A DNA stretch of 64,000 bases from an uncultured beta proteobacterium (GTDB lineage Bacteria; Pseudomonadota; Gammaproteobacteria; Burkholderiales; JAEUMW01), in NCBI GenBank assembly GCA_963734295.1, contig CAVTGS010000012.1:586429-650428 (forward strand), given 5' to 3'. The position numbers were made by a program, and so were the translations under genes. Of this stretch, positions 36,211 to 46,327 are shown one piece after another (position 1 is the stretch's first letter; every line of letters starts with the position of its first letter). A model generated the notes under the pieces. It worked only from the letters and a program-made list of their open reading frames with translations, did not search any database and was not told where the DNA came from.

Positions 36211-36244
36211 GGGGCGCTGCTGCGGCCCCCGTTCCTCTTTTCCC
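36211..36244 (+). terminator. candidate intrinsic terminator after rne
   Basis: GGGGCGC-tgct-GCGGCCCC imperfect hairpin followed by cgttcctcttttcc, located 26 nt after the rne stop in the convergent gap with uvrB. Confidence 0.45.
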
Positions 36245-36255
36245 GGCGCCGCCAG

Positions 36256-38304
36256 TCAGTGCGGATCTGTTACACCGAAGAGCTTCTCTTTTAGCGCCTT
36301 CAAGGCGTCGCGCAGTTTGGCAGCGCGCTCGAACTCAAGATTGCGCGCGCACTCGAGCATTTCCTTCTCCAGTCGCTTCACTTCCCGGGTGAGATCCCTT
36401 TCCGACAGCGGGTGCTCCGCCGTCTTCGCCTGCGCCGCCCGACTGGCCTTTTGGGTCTGCGGTGCGTAGACGCCATCGATCATGTCCTTCACCTGCTTCT
36501 CGACCCCTTTTGGCGTGATCCCGCGCGTCGCGTTATGGGCGACCTGCTTCGACCGGCGCCGCTCGGTTTCGCCGATGGCCCGCCGCATGGAGTCGGTGAC
36601 CGCGTCCGCGTACAAGATCGCCGTGCCGTTGATATGCCGCGCGGCGCGCCCGATGGTCTGTATCAGCGAGCGCTCGGAGCGAAGAAAACCCTCCTTGTCG
36701 GCATCGAGAATCGCCACCAGCGATACCTCGGGCAGGTCCAGCCCTTCGCGCAGCAGATTGATGCCGACCAGCACATCGAACTCCCCTAGCCGCAAATCGC
36801 GGATGATCTCGACCCGCTCGACGGTGTCGATGTCCGAGTGCAGATAGCGGACCTTCACGCCGTGCTCGGCGAGATAGTCGGTCAGCTCTTCGGCCATGCG
36901 TTTGGTCAGCGTCGTGACCAGCACGCGCTCGCCCAGCGCCACGCGCAGGCTGATCTCCGACAACAGGTCATCGACCTGCGTCGTCGCCGGGCGCACCTCG
37001 AGGAAAGGGTCGACGAGCCCGGTCGGCCGCACCACCTGCTCCACGACTTGGCCCTGATGAGTCCTTTCGTACTCGGCCGGAGTCGCCGAAACGAAGATCG
37101 CCTGGGATACGAGGCGCTCGAATTCCTCGAACTTCAAAGGGCGGTTATCCAGCGCGCTCGGCAGCCGGAAGCCGTAGTCCACGAGGTTCTCCTTGCGCGC
37201 GCGGTCGCCGCGATACATGCCGCCGATCTGCGGAATGGTGACGTGGCTCTCGTCGACGAAGAGGAGCGACCCGGCGGGCAGGTAATCCATGAGCGTGGGC
37301 GGCGGCTCCCCTGCACCGCGTCCGGACAGATGGCGGCTGTAGTTCTCGATGCCCTTGCAGAAGCCGAGCTCGTTCAGCATTTCCAGGTCGAATCGGGTTC
37401 GCTGCTCGATGCGCTGCGCCTCGAGCAGTTTGCCTGCCGACTGGAAAAATGCGATGCGCTCCGCGAGCTCGAGTTTGATCGCCTCCATCGCGCGGAGCGT
37501 CGTGCTCCGCGGCGTGACATAGTGGCTCGACGGATACACCGTGAACCGCGACACCCGCTGCGCGATCTGTCCCGTGAGCGGATCGAAGAGAAAAAGCGAT
37601 TCCACCTCGTCGTCGAACAGGCTCATCCGCAATGCCGTCTCGGAGTGCTCGGCCGGAAAGACGTCGATCACGTCGCCTCGGACGCGGAAGGTGCCGCGCC
37701 GGAAATCAAGCTCCGAGCGTTCGTACTGCATCTCCGTCAGGCGCTTGATGACGTCGCGCTGGCTTACCCGCTCGCGTTCGCGCAGGTGCAGGATCATGCT
37801 GTGGTAGTCGACCGGGTCGCCGATGCCGTAGATGCAGGAGACGGTCGCGACGATGACCGTGTCGGGCCGCTCCAGCAGCGCCTTGGTTGCCGAGAGACGC
37901 ATCTGCTCGATGTGCTCGTTGATGCTCGAATCCTTCTCGATGTACAGGTCGCGCGAGGGGACATAGGCCTCGGGCTGGTAGTAGTCGTAGTAGGAGACGA
38001 AATACTCGACCGCGTTTTCCGGAAAAAACTCGCGGAACTCCGCGTAGAGCTGCGCTGCCAGCGTCTTGTTCGGCGCCATGACGAGCGCCGCGCGGCCGAT
38101 GCGCGCGATGACGTTGGCCATCGTGAACGTCTTGCCCGAGCCGGTGACTCCGAGGAGCGTCTGGAAAGCGAGGCCGTCCTCGATGCCCTCGACCAGCCGA
38201 GCAATCGCCTCGGGCTGGTCTCCGGCCGGCTCGAAGGGCTGGTGCAGGCGAAACGGGCTGTCCGGAAACACCAACACCCGGCCGCTTTCCGAAAGATCGG
38301 TCAT
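36256..38304 (-). CDS. uvrB: excinuclease ABC subunit B
   Basis: 682 aa with ...[14 protein letters not shown]..., helicase motifs, and the C-terminal UVR domain ...[12 protein letters not shown].... Confidence 0.95.
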   Translation of the reverse strand: MTDLSESGRVLVFPDSPFRLHQPFEPAGDQPEAIARLVEGIEDGLAFQTLLGVTGSGKTFTMANVIARIGRAALVMAPNKTLAAQLYAEFREFFPENAVEYFVSYYDYYQPEAYVPSRDLYIEKDSSINEHIEQMRLSATKALLERPDTVIVATVSCIYGIGDPVDYHSMILHLRERERVSQRDVIKRLTEMQYERSELDFRRGTFRVRGDVIDVFPAEHSETALRMSLFDDEVESLFLFDPLTGQIAQRVSRFTVYPSSHYVTPRSTTLRAMEAIKLELAERIAFFQSAGKLLEAQRIEQRTRFDLEMLNELGFCKGIENYSRHLSGRGAGEPPPTLMDYLPAGSLLFVDESHVTIPQIGGMYRGDRARKENLVDYGFRLPSALDNRPLKFEEFERLVSQAIFVSATPAEYERTHQGQVVEQVVRPTGLVDPFLEVRPATTQVDDLLSEISLRVALGERVLVTTLTKRMAEELTDYLAEHGVKVRYLHSDIDTVERVEIIRDLRLGEFDVLVGINLLREGLDLPEVSLVAILDADKEGFLRSERSLIQTIGRAARHINGTAILYADAVTDSMRRAIGETERRRSKQVAHNATRGITPKGVEKQVKDMIDGVYAPQTQKASRAAQAKTAEHPLSERDLTREVKRLEKEMLECARNLEFERAAKLRDALKALKEKLFGVTDPH

Positions 38305-38435
38305 GCTAGAATCCTCGCGAGAACAACGCCTTCGCTCCCATCGGCGAATCGCGTCTCGAGCATAGACAGTTTATTGCGCGCCGGAGTTTGTGCAGTCATG
38401 CGCGTGCCCCGCGCTGCAGCATTTCTGGAGACAAG

Positions 38436-39659
38436 ATGAGCGTACCGATCACCTTCCCGTCACTGTTTGCCGCGGTGGAGATGGCGCCACGCGATCCGAT
38501 CCTGGGACTTACCGAGGCGTTCAACGCGGACCCGCGTCCCGCCAAGGTCAACTTGGGCGTCGGTATCTACCTGGACGAAAATGGCAAGATCCCGCTGCTC
38601 TCTGCCGTGCGCACCGCCGAGCGTGCCAGACTGGAAGCGCTGCCGCCACGCGGGTACCAGCCGATCGATGGTCCCGCCGCCTACAACCAGCTCGTGCAAC
38701 GCTTGGTCTTCGGCGACACCTCGCCGATCATCGCCGAAGGCCGGGTCGCGACCATCGCAGCGCTCGGCGGCACTGGTGCGCTCAAGGTCGGGGCCGATTT
38801 TCTGCGACGGCTTTTCCCCGGAGCGGCCGCCTACCTGAGCGATCCGAGCTGGGACAATCATCGTGCCCTGTTCGAGACCGCGGGATTCACGGTCGACACC
38901 TATCCCTACTACGATCAAGTCACGCACGGCGTCGATTTCGCCGGCATGAAGGCGCGGCTGGCGGTGCTCCAGCCGGGTTCCATCTTGGTGCTCCACGCGT
39001 GCTGTCACAACCCGACCGGGGCCGACCTCACGGCTGCGCAGTGGCACGAGGTCGTCGATCTGGTGCGGGCGCGTGGGCTCGTCGCTTTTGTCGACATGGC
39101 CTACCAGGGTTTCGCCGACGGCATCGAGCCGGACGCTGCCGTGCCCCGGCTCTTCGCGAGTGCAGGTCTATCGTTCCTGCTGGCGACATCGTTTTCCAAG
39201 TCGTTCTCGCTCTATGGCGAGCGTGTCGGGGCGCTCAGTTTCGTTACCGCGACGGAGCGCGAGGCGGCCTGCGTGCTGTCCCAGGTCAAGCGCCTCGTGC
39301 GCACGAACTACTCCAGCCCGCCGACCCACGGTGGCGCGATCGTCGCCGCGGTTCTCGCGGATCCCGAACTCCGGCGGACTTGGGAAGCGGATCTGGCGGG
39401 CATGCGCGATCGCATTCTGCGCATCCGATCGGATCTCCTGGAGAGGCTTCACGCAAAGCACCTGCGGGACGACCGCTCGTTCCTCCTCCGCCAGCGCGGG
39501 ATGTTTTCCTACACCGGCCTCACGCCCGCGCAGGTCGACCGGCTCAGGTCCGAGTACGGCATTTACGCGGTGAGCACCGGACGCATCTGCGTGGCCGCGC
39601 TCAATTCCCGCAACGTCGACTACGTCGCCGACGCGCTCGCTGCGGTCCTCGCGGGCTAG
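38436..39659 (+). CDS. class I aspartate/aromatic amino acid aminotransferase
   Basis: ATG at 38436, 407 aa with ...FAAVEMAPRDPILGL...NLGVGIY...SFSKSFSLYGERVG...YSSPP.HG.... Confidence 0.85.
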   Translation: MSVPITFPSLFAAVEMAPRDPILGLTEAFNADPRPAKVNLGVGIYLDENGKIPLLSAVRTAERARLEALPPRGYQPIDGPAAYNQLVQRLVFGDTSPIIAEGRVATIAALGGTGALKVGADFLRRLFPGAAAYLSDPSWDNHRALFETAGFTVDTYPYYDQVTHGVDFAGMKARLAVLQPGSILVLHACCHNPTGADLTAAQWHEVVDLVRARGLVAFVDMAYQGFADGIEPDAAVPRLFASAGLSFLLATSFSKSFSLYGERVGALSFVTATEREAACVLSQVKRLVRTNYSSPPTHGGAIVAAVLADPELRRTWEADLAGMRDRILRIRSDLLERLHAKHLRDDRSFLLRQRGMFSYTGLTPAQVDRLRSEYGIYAVSTGRICVAALNSRNVDYVADALAAVLAG

Positions 39660-39669
39660 CAGGAGCGCT

Positions 39670-41169
39670 TCAGCCCCCGAGCTGCAGTCTGGGTTGCTTC
39701 AGACTGCCCCCGACGGAGATCGTGTTGGCGCTCTCACCCTGTGACTTGAGGCGGACCGTGAAGTGCCCCATGAGCTGCCGCGAGGGCGTGACGTCCAGGG
39801 TTCCTTTCGCCGTGAGCAGACCGGATCCGAGCTGTATTCCACGAAACGAGAAGCTGCGCCCCGCAGTCTGCACATTGCCAGTCAACTCCTCGAACTGCGT
39901 CGTGCCGCCGCTCGCATCGCCCGCGGCAGCCGCCGTGATGTCGGCGTTGTAAAGGACGCCTCGCTTCACCCTGAAATCTGCGCTCACCGTCACGTTCTCG
40001 ATCAACCGGGCGGCGTTATCCGTCCGCGCCGCGAAACTTCCGTCGGCATCGAGTCGCCCGCCCACCGAGAAGTCGCGACTGAAGCGGCCGATCAGGCTTT
40101 GCAGCTCGATATTCATTGCGCTGAAGCGGCCTTCCGCGACCAGTCCCACGCTCCAATCGAGCGTGACATCGCCCTTCACCAGGCCGTCATGAACCAGCCC
40201 TTCCACGCGACCGAGGACGAGGCGGCTACGCTCGAGCGTGCCCGCTGCATCGAGTCGATCGAAGCTCACGGCCGGTTCGGTCGGCGTCGACCAGTTGCGC
40301 GCCGCGAGCTCGACTGCAGCACCTTCTGAAGCCGCCGACACGGTCAACTGCACTTTGCCATCGTCGAGTGTCAGGGCCGATCGCTCGAGTTGCCCGTTGC
40401 GCCCGTAGCTCAACTCCCCGGCGAGCGGTGCCAGGATGATTCCGTCGAGATCGAGGCTGCTCGCAGTGAGGGTGACCCGCTCCGCGCGGAGCGTCTGGTC
40501 GGCCAGGAACGCGCCGCCGCCCTGGAGCAACGCGAGGAGATCCGCGACGGTGAGCGTTGCCCCCCGTAGCTCGATCAGGGTGATCGGTCCCGGCCGCCCG
40601 AGCAGCGTCGACCACGCCGGTCGGGCGACGACCTCCGCCACTTTCGGTACCTGGCCGACGGCAATGTCGGTCAGCCTCAAAGCGGGCCGCGGCGTGAAGA
40701 CGAAGGAGCTGCTGCCGATCGACAGGGTTCGGACCTGCGCCGCCAGCGCGTCCTCCACCTTGACGGTAAAAAGCTCGAGAAAGTGGTGGACGACGAGCAA
40801 GCCCGCGACGACGATGGCAAACGGCAGCACGATGAGCGCCCGGCGCAACCAGCGCGCGGCCATGCCCGAAAGATCCAACCCTGCCGACGCATCGTCGTGC
40901 GCCCAAGGCGCCAAGGGTGTCTCCGTGTTACTGCTGGGCGCAGCGGGGAGCGGAACGGATGGCGAGACGGTCTCGATGTACCCCTCTCGGACCAACTGCT
41001 CCAGAGACCGAACGACCTGCGGCAGCCCGGGCTTGAGTGCGACGAGATCGGCCACGCTCGACTTGCCATCGACCATGACGAGCGCCAACCAAGGCTCATG
41101 GGGCAGCGATCGCAGCGATATTTCCCGCTCTCCTTTGGGAGTCCTCCGATAGACGAGGCTGGAATCCAT
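39670..41169 (-). CDS. membrane-anchored AsmA-like protein with a small cytoplasmic N-terminal domain (function unknown)
   Basis: 499 aa. About 70-aa N-terminal soluble domain (YRRTPKGEREISLRSLP...VMVDGKSSVADLVAL...LEQLVREGYIE), then a Pro/Ser linker and one TM (ALIVLPFAIVVAGLLVVHHFL). The following beta-rich region has an AsmA C-terminal-like end (...RGVLYNADI...TQFEELTGNVQTAGRSFSFRGIQL.SGLLTAKGTLDV...GGSLKQPRL). Confidence 0.5.
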   Translation of the reverse strand: MDSSLVYRRTPKGEREISLRSLPHEPWLALVMVDGKSSVADLVALKPGLPQVVRSLEQLVREGYIETVSPSVPLPAAPSSNTETPLAPWAHDDASAGLDLSGMAARWLRRALIVLPFAIVVAGLLVVHHFLELFTVKVEDALAAQVRTLSIGSSSFVFTPRPALRLTDIAVGQVPKVAEVVARPAWSTLLGRPGPITLIELRGATLTVADLLALLQGGGAFLADQTLRAERVTLTASSLDLDGIILAPLAGELSYGRNGQLERSALTLDDGKVQLTVSAASEGAAVELAARNWSTPTEPAVSFDRLDAAGTLERSRLVLGRVEGLVHDGLVKGDVTLDWSVGLVAEGRFSAMNIELQSLIGRFSRDFSVGGRLDADGSFAARTDNAARLIENVTVSADFRVKRGVLYNADITAAAAGDASGGTTQFEELTGNVQTAGRSFSFRGIQLGSGLLTAKGTLDVTPSRQLMGHFTVRLKSQGESANTISVGGSLKQPRLQLGG

Positions 41170-41299
41170 GAAGGTCCGTGGGAAGGCGCGCTCGATGCCA
41201 CGCGAGACCGGCGATCTCGGCGCCGCCTGCGGACCCTTATCCGACTCGTATTCGATTGACCGAGGCGAAGCGCGACCTTATTATAAGCGCCTCAAAAAT

Positions 41300-41375
41300 T
41301 CCCCGATAGCTCAGTCGGTAGAGCGACGGACTGTTAATCCGCAGGTCCCTGGTTCGAGCCCAGGTCGGGGAGCCA
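41300..41375 (+). tRNA. tRNA-Asn (anticodon GTT), CCA encoded
   Basis: tccccgatagctcagtcggtagagcgacggaCTGTTAAtccgcaggtccctggttcgagcccaggtcggggagcca. Cloverleaf checked by hand: 7-bp acceptor, GCTC/GAGC D stem, CCTGG/CCAGG T stem, TTCGAGC T loop. Close to E. coli tRNA-Asn. Confidence 0.9.
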
Positions 41376-41639
41376 GATATCAAGCACTTGGCCCCGGCCG
41401 GGCATCTCACCGCTATCAGAATTTTGGACGCTGTCGAATATTTCGGCGTCTACCCCCCTTTTCCGCCAAACAGGCGATCACCCTGGCTTCCTTTGTCGCT
41501 GCATGTGGTTCGGCGACTATCGGAGTCGCAGGGTTGACCAGGAGCGCCGATGTAGACGCCCCCCGCGCGTACTAGCGCGATGTCATAGGCATGGTATGCC
41601 CTGAGAACGTGAACCGCTGTATCTGTCCGCTGCGCCCCA

Positions 41640-41875
41640 CGACGAGGTGAGATCCTCCTTCTCGGTTGACGGCAAGCCGCAGCCAGATCCCAACCGGCTG
41701 GCTCCACACGGATCGCTCGGCATCAATTTCACGCTTCCTCCACGGCGATCTCGTCGAAGGGTTCATGCTCATCTTGACGTTGGCCAGGTCAACACCCGAT
41801 CCGTCCGCCTTGACACCTTGACGTTGTAGTCGAGGACCCGTTTGACGGGGATCAGGGAATTCCCTTTCCGGACAA
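41640..41875 (-). pseudogene. electron transfer flavoprotein beta subunit (etfB) N-terminal remnant, multiply frameshifted
   Basis: Minus-strand translation across three frames reads ...[14 protein letters not shown] / [19 protein letters not shown] / FDEIAVEEA, the highly conserved EtfB N-terminus. There is no start codon and at least two frame changes within about 130 nt. Confidence 0.6.
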
Positions 41876-41914
41876 GGCCCCTGCCGGCGAGGGATACACG
41901 GCAGGGCTAGCGGA

Positions 41915-43555
41915 TCATTCGATGGCCAGCGCCGAGTTGGCGTGCTCACGCAGGACGTATTTCTGGATCTTGCCTGTCGAGGTCTTGGGCAAGGTGCCGA
42001 ACACCACCTGCTTGGGCACCTTGAAGCGCGCGAGGTGGCCGCGGCAGTGCTCGATGATCTCGGCCTCGCTGGTGCGCGCGCCGTCCTTCAGTTCAATGAA
42101 GGCGGCCGGCACCTCGCCCCACTTCTCGTCGTGCTTGGCGACGACGGCGGCGGCGATCACCGCCGGATGGCGGTAGAGCACATCCTCGACTTCCAGCGAC
42201 GAGATGTTCTCGCCGCCGGAGATGATGATGTCCTTGGAGCGGTCCTTGATCTTGACGTAGCCGTCGCTATGCACCACGGCCAGGTCGCCGGTGTGGAACC
42301 AGCCGCCGGCGAAGGCTTCGGCGGTCGCCTTGGCGTTCTTCAGGTAACCCTTCATGACGATATTGCCGCGGAACATGATCTCGCCCATCGTCTCGCCGTC
42401 CCAGGGCACCGGCTCAAGGCTGACCGGGTCGCGCACCTCGATCGCTTCCTGCAGGTGGTAACGGACGCCCTGGCGGCCGTTGCGGGCGGCGCGCACGTCG
42501 ATCGGCAGCTTGTCCCATTCCGGGTGCTTGGCGCAGACCGAGGCCGGGCCGTAGGTTTCGGTCAGGCCGTAGACGTGAGTGATATTGAAGCCCATCTGCT
42601 CGGCACCTTCGATGATCGCGGCCGGCGGTGCGGCACCGGCGATCAGGCCGTTGACCGTGTGCTCGATGCCGGCCTTGAGCGCCGCCGGGGCGTTGATCAG
42701 CATGCCGTAGACGATCGGCGCGCCGCACAGGTGGCTGACCTGGTGCTCCTTGATCAGGCCGAAGATCAGCGCCGGATCGACCTTGCGCAGGCAAACGCTG
42801 GTCCCGGCGTTGGCCGCCAGCGTCCACGGGAAACACCAGCCGTTGCAGTGGAACATCGGCAGCGTCCACAAATACACGGCGTGCGGCGGCATGCCCCACG
42901 AGATGATATTGGAGGCCGAGTTCAGGTAGGCACCGCGATGGTGGTAGACGACGCCCTTCGGGTTGCCGGTGGTGCCCGAGGTGTAGTTGAGGGCGATGGC
43001 ATCCCACTCGTTGTCCGGCAGTTGCCAGGCGAAATCCGGATCGCCTTCGTTGAGAAAGGCTTCGTAATCCTTTTCGCCGAGCGCTTCGCCGCCGGTGAAG
43101 TCGGGGTCCAGCGCATCGATGACCAGCGGCTTGGGCCCGTCGAGCAGGGCCAGCGCCGCCTCGATGGTGGCCGAGAACTCGGGGTCGGTGATCAGCACCT
43201 TGGCTTCGCCGTGGGTCAGCATGAAGGCGATGGCTTCGGCATCGAGCCGGGTGTTCAGCGTATTGACCACGGCGCCGGTCATAGCCACGCCGAAATGACA
43301 TTCGAACATCGGCGCGCTGTTCGGCAGCATCGCGGCGACCGTGTCGCCCTTGCCGATGCCGCGGCCTTGCAGTGACGAGGCCAGCTGACGGCAACGGTCG
43401 TAGGATTCTTTCCAGGTGTATTGCCGGCTGCCCTGGATCACGGCAATGCGCTTCGGATAGACGAAGGCCGAGCGCTCGAGAAAGCTCAGCGGCGAAAGCG
43501 GGACGTAGTTGGCCGGATTCTGGTCCAGCCCGTCGGTATACGGGTTTGCTGCCAC
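41915..43555 (-). CDS. acyl-CoA synthetase (AMP-forming, ANL superfamily)
   Basis: 546 aa with ...[15 protein letters not shown]...YGLTETYG...WFHTGDLAV...[22 protein letters not shown].... Confidence 0.85.
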   Translation of the reverse strand: MAANPYTDGLDQNPANYVPLSPLSFLERSAFVYPKRIAVIQGSRQYTWKESYDRCRQLASSLQGRGIGKGDTVAAMLPNSAPMFECHFGVAMTGAVVNTLNTRLDAEAIAFMLTHGEAKVLITDPEFSATIEAALALLDGPKPLVIDALDPDFTGGEALGEKDYEAFLNEGDPDFAWQLPDNEWDAIALNYTSGTTGNPKGVVYHHRGAYLNSASNIISWGMPPHAVYLWTLPMFHCNGWCFPWTLAANAGTSVCLRKVDPALIFGLIKEHQVSHLCGAPIVYGMLINAPAALKAGIEHTVNGLIAGAAPPAAIIEGAEQMGFNITHVYGLTETYGPASVCAKHPEWDKLPIDVRAARNGRQGVRYHLQEAIEVRDPVSLEPVPWDGETMGEIMFRGNIVMKGYLKNAKATAEAFAGGWFHTGDLAVVHSDGYVKIKDRSKDIIISGGENISSLEVEDVLYRHPAVIAAAVVAKHDEKWGEVPAAFIELKDGARTSEAEIIEHCRGHLARFKVPKQVVFGTLPKTSTGKIQKYVLREHANSALAIE

Positions 43556-43756
43556 AAATGTCTCCTCACGATTCTGGCGAAGACGCTGTTCTCCTTATTG
43601 ATGCTTTTTTAGTGAGCGCGAGGATGGCAAAACACTCTTGCGCAACTACCTGCTCTAGAATCGCCGAATGCCTCACGACACCACCCACCCCCCCATCCTC
43701 CTGCGCCAGGAAATGCTGCAAGCCGGCCTGGACATGCTGGATCAGGGCGAAGGAGA

Positions 43757-43899
43757 GGAATTCCAACGGCACTTCCCGGATTGTCTCTTCGCCGTCAGCC
43801 GTGGTCAATGCGGGATTTCGTGTTGAGCGCCCCTGAGAAGTGGCAGCGAATCGCCATGCGCGCCCTGCTGGGGTCACACGATCGGCCGCAGCAGGTCGG
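43757..43899. repeat. left copy of a 143-bp imperfect inverted repeat
   Basis: The reverse complement aligns by eye with 46186..46327. The core of about 100 bp (ggaattcc...gaagagacaatcc...ccgtggtcaatgcgggatttcgtgttgagcgcccctgagaag) is about 95% identical, and the flank is about 80% identical. Confidence 0.8.
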
Positions 43900-43924
43900 C
43901 CTCAGGCACGAGCGGTCCCCGGCG

Positions 43925-44300
43925 AGCGAGAGCGGATCCTCGTCAAGCTGTCCTTGCCGCGCGATGCGCTGATCGAATTCGTAATCCGGTGCTGGCTGGG
44001 CCTGGGGGTCGAAGCCGCCCTGCCCGGCATCCGGCATCTCCCACAGCCGTGGGCCGCGAGCCGGCGCCAGGCGCGGCGGTTCGCCCAGGTGCACGGGAGG
44101 ATCTGGCGCACGGCCGGCGCTTCGGTGAAGAAGGCGATGATGCGCATCTCGTCGCCACACATCGGGTAGGAAATGGACGCGGGGATTGAGCAGGGCGCCA
44201 CAGGCCGCTGCAGCACGCCCTCTGAGGTCAGTCCGGAAGCCGCGACGAGTTGCCATTTCATCGCGCCGAGCGCGATTCGGTGGCGATGTCGAGCATCGTT
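43925..44300 (-). pseudogene. IS91-family (Y2 rolling-circle) transposase C-terminal remnant, frameshifted
   Basis: Two minus frames together read ...CGDEMRIIAFFTEAPAVRQIL / VHLGEPPRLAPARGPRLWE...PAPDYEFDQRI, which resembles the conserved C-terminus of IS91/IS801-type transposases. No N-terminal catalytic part is present. Confidence 0.45.
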
Positions 44301-44308
44301 CGACGAGC

Positions 44309-44737
44309 TCACCCCTTGGGCCACAGGATCATCTGCGTGCAGCGGAACAGCGCGATCGTCTTCGCGCTCTCCACATGCGTGACCACTGCATCCCAGACCT
44401 GCGTGGTCCGCCCCTGGTGCGCGCAGGTCGCGACCGACCGCAGCGTGCCCTCGGTGGCAGTGCCGAGAAAGTTCGACTTCAGCTCAATGGTGCTGAAGTT
44501 GGTCGCGCCGTCGGGCAGGTGTGCGATCGTCGCGTAGCCGGCGGCAGTGTCCGCCAGCGCGATCACCGAGGCGGCGTGCAGGAAACCGTTGGGCGCCAGA
44601 TACTGCGGCCGGATCCGGTATTCCATGCTCAGGCTGCCCTCGCGCACCTCGACCACTTTCATGCTGAACCAGCCGGGCAGAGTGTCGCCCGTCCGGCTGT
44701 TGAGCTTTTCAACGGTCATCTCATGGCGCAGCGCCAC
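44309..44737 (-). CDS. PaaI/hotdog-fold acyl-CoA thioesterase
   Basis: 142 aa with ...NGFLHAASVIALADTAAG...ELKSNFLG...GRTTQVWDA.... Confidence 0.75.
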   Translation of the reverse strand: MALRHEMTVEKLNSRTGDTLPGWFSMKVVEVREGSLSMEYRIRPQYLAPNGFLHAASVIALADTAAGYATIAHLPDGATNFSTIELKSNFLGTATEGTLRSVATCAHQGRTTQVWDAVVTHVESAKTIALFRCTQMILWPKG

Positions 44738-44755
44738 TTCGGCCTCCGATCCGGG

Positions 44756-45520
44756 CTAGCTCAAGCTCGAAAAGTCCGGTTTCCGGCCCTCGAAGAAGGC
44801 GGTGAAGGCCTCCTTCGCCTCGGCGCCGCGCAGCAACTTCTCGAAAGACTTCGCCTCGTCGACGATCAGCTTCTCGGTCATCGCGTGCCAACTCGCCTTC
44901 ATCAGGCGTTTGGTCTCGCGCACCGATACCGGCGGCAGCGCGTTGAATCGCTCGGCCTGGCGGATCGCGTAGTCGAGCACTTCGCCCGGCGGCAAAATGC
45001 GATTGACGATTTTCATCTCGAAGGCTTCCTCGGCGCTGATCGGTTCGGCCAGCAGCAGCTTCTCGGCCGCCTTGTGAAAGCCCGCGGCCAGCGGAATCGT
45101 CAGGCTGGACGCGAACTCGGAACACACGCCGAGCGAGACGAAGGGCATCGAGAACATCGCATTGTCGGCGCAGTAGACGAGATCGCAATGCATCAGCATG
45201 GTCGTGCCAATGCCCACGGCGGCGCCGTTGACGGCCGCGACGACGGGCTTTTCAGCGAGCCCCAGCATCTGCATGAACTGGAACACCGGCGCGTCCATCC
45301 CGGCCGGCGGGTTCTTCAGGAAATCCTCGAGATCGTTGCCGGCGGTGAAGACGTCGCGCTCGCCGTGGATCAGGATCGCGCGCACCGCGCCGTCGTCGTG
45401 CGCGGCACCGATCGCATCGGCCATCTCCTGGTACATCGCGACGGTGATCGCGTTTTTCTTTTCCGGCCGCGCGATCGCGATGCGCGCCACGCCGTTGATC
45501 GTTTGCACTGCAATGCTCAC
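44756..45520 (-). CDS. enoyl-CoA hydratase/isomerase (crotonase family)
   Basis: 254 aa with ...ARPEKKNAIT...ILIHGERDVFTAGNDL...KPVVAAVNGAAVGIGTT.... Confidence 0.85.
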   Translation of the reverse strand: MSIAVQTINGVARIAIARPEKKNAITVAMYQEMADAIGAAHDDGAVRAILIHGERDVFTAGNDLEDFLKNPPAGMDAPVFQFMQMLGLAEKPVVAAVNGAAVGIGTTMLMHCDLVYCADNAMFSMPFVSLGVCSEFASSLTIPLAAGFHKAAEKLLLAEPISAEEAFEMKIVNRILPPGEVLDYAIRQAERFNALPPVSVRETKRLMKASWHAMTEKLIVDEAKSFEKLLRGAEAKEAFTAFFEGRKPDFSSLS

Positions 45521-45533
45521 GAGATCTCCTCGT

Positions 45534-45872
45534 TCATCTGTCCTGGCTGCTCGTCAGCGCGACGAACTGCGCGAATTCCCTCAGCGACTTCGCGGCCTTG
45601 CGCTGCACCGGGTCACGCACCAGCGGCGTGGCGTCAAGCAGCCAGCCCTTCCAGCCGAGCGCCTGGCCGGACCAGCGCCAGAAGCTGAAGTCGTCGACCT
45701 GCTGCATGATCTTGCGGGCCGCGATCACCATCTCGGTATGCACCTTGTTTACCACCAGCCGCTGGGTCGGCGTGAAGGTGTAGCGCGCCGTCCAATCGAC
45801 CCGCGCGCGGTCGGCGGTGTCTTCCATGATGTCGGGGCCGATCTCGAGATCCTCAGCTTCGGTCAGCAGCAT
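45534..45872 (-). pseudogene. NTF2/SnoaL-like protein, probably 5'-truncated
   Basis: 112-aa ORF with ...VDWTARYTFTPTQRLVVNKVH...DDFSFWRWSGQALGWKGWLL.... It resembles the C-terminal two thirds of NTF2-like proteins. The ORF begins where the IS110-like remnant region abuts. Truncation is inferred, not proven. Confidence 0.4.
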
Positions 45873-45940
45873 CTATTGAGATGAACGCACCTGAAACAGC
45901 CCTACCAGGAAAGCATACGGGAGCAGCGGGCCAGTTGTAC

Positions 45941-46185
45941 ATGGCGTTCGAGCTGAGCGACACGAATGGCTACTGGTTGTGAGCGATGGTCCGCGGGGAC
46001 CGAGCCGTTATACGGTCGACGCGGGCGATACGCGGGCGATACTGGAGGCCACGCCAAGGCCAAGGCGCGCCGCGCTTTGGTGAGCGACGTCGAGGTGCGC
46101 AGTTGCTACGAGGCGGGCCGCGACGGCTTCTGGCTGCACCGCTGGCTCCTCGAGCAAGGCATCGACAACCTCGTGCCCCCTCAGC
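45941..46185 (+). pseudogene. IS110-family transposase N-terminal remnant (frameshifted, truncated)
   Basis: ATG 45941 reads MAFELSDTNGYWL*. After a frame change it reads ...GTEPLYGRRG.. / ...KAKARRALVSDVEVRSCYEAGRDGFWLHRWLLEQGIDNLV, which resembles the DEDD transposase N-terminal domain. It ends at the right inverted-repeat copy. Confidence 0.5.
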
Positions 46186-46327
46186 CCGACCTGCTCCGGC
46201 CGGTCGTGTGGCCCAACAGGGCGAGCGTAGCGATTCCCTGCGACTTCTCAGGGGCGCTCAACACGAAATCCCGCATTGACCACGGTTGACGGCGAAGAGA
46301 CAATCCCGGAAGTGCCGCTGGAATTCC
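46186..46327. repeat. right copy of the 143-bp imperfect inverted repeat
   Basis: See the left copy at 43757..43899. Both copies end at a GGAATTCC palindrome and both carry the same read-through tail ...FSGALNTKSRIDHG*. Confidence 0.8.

Noticed and set aside
38305-38435. Searched the uvrB/aminotransferase divergent region for a LexA SOS box (CTGT-N8-ACAG)
   Set aside because: No CTGT-N8-ACAG match was found. Only an isolated ACAG near 38364 is present.
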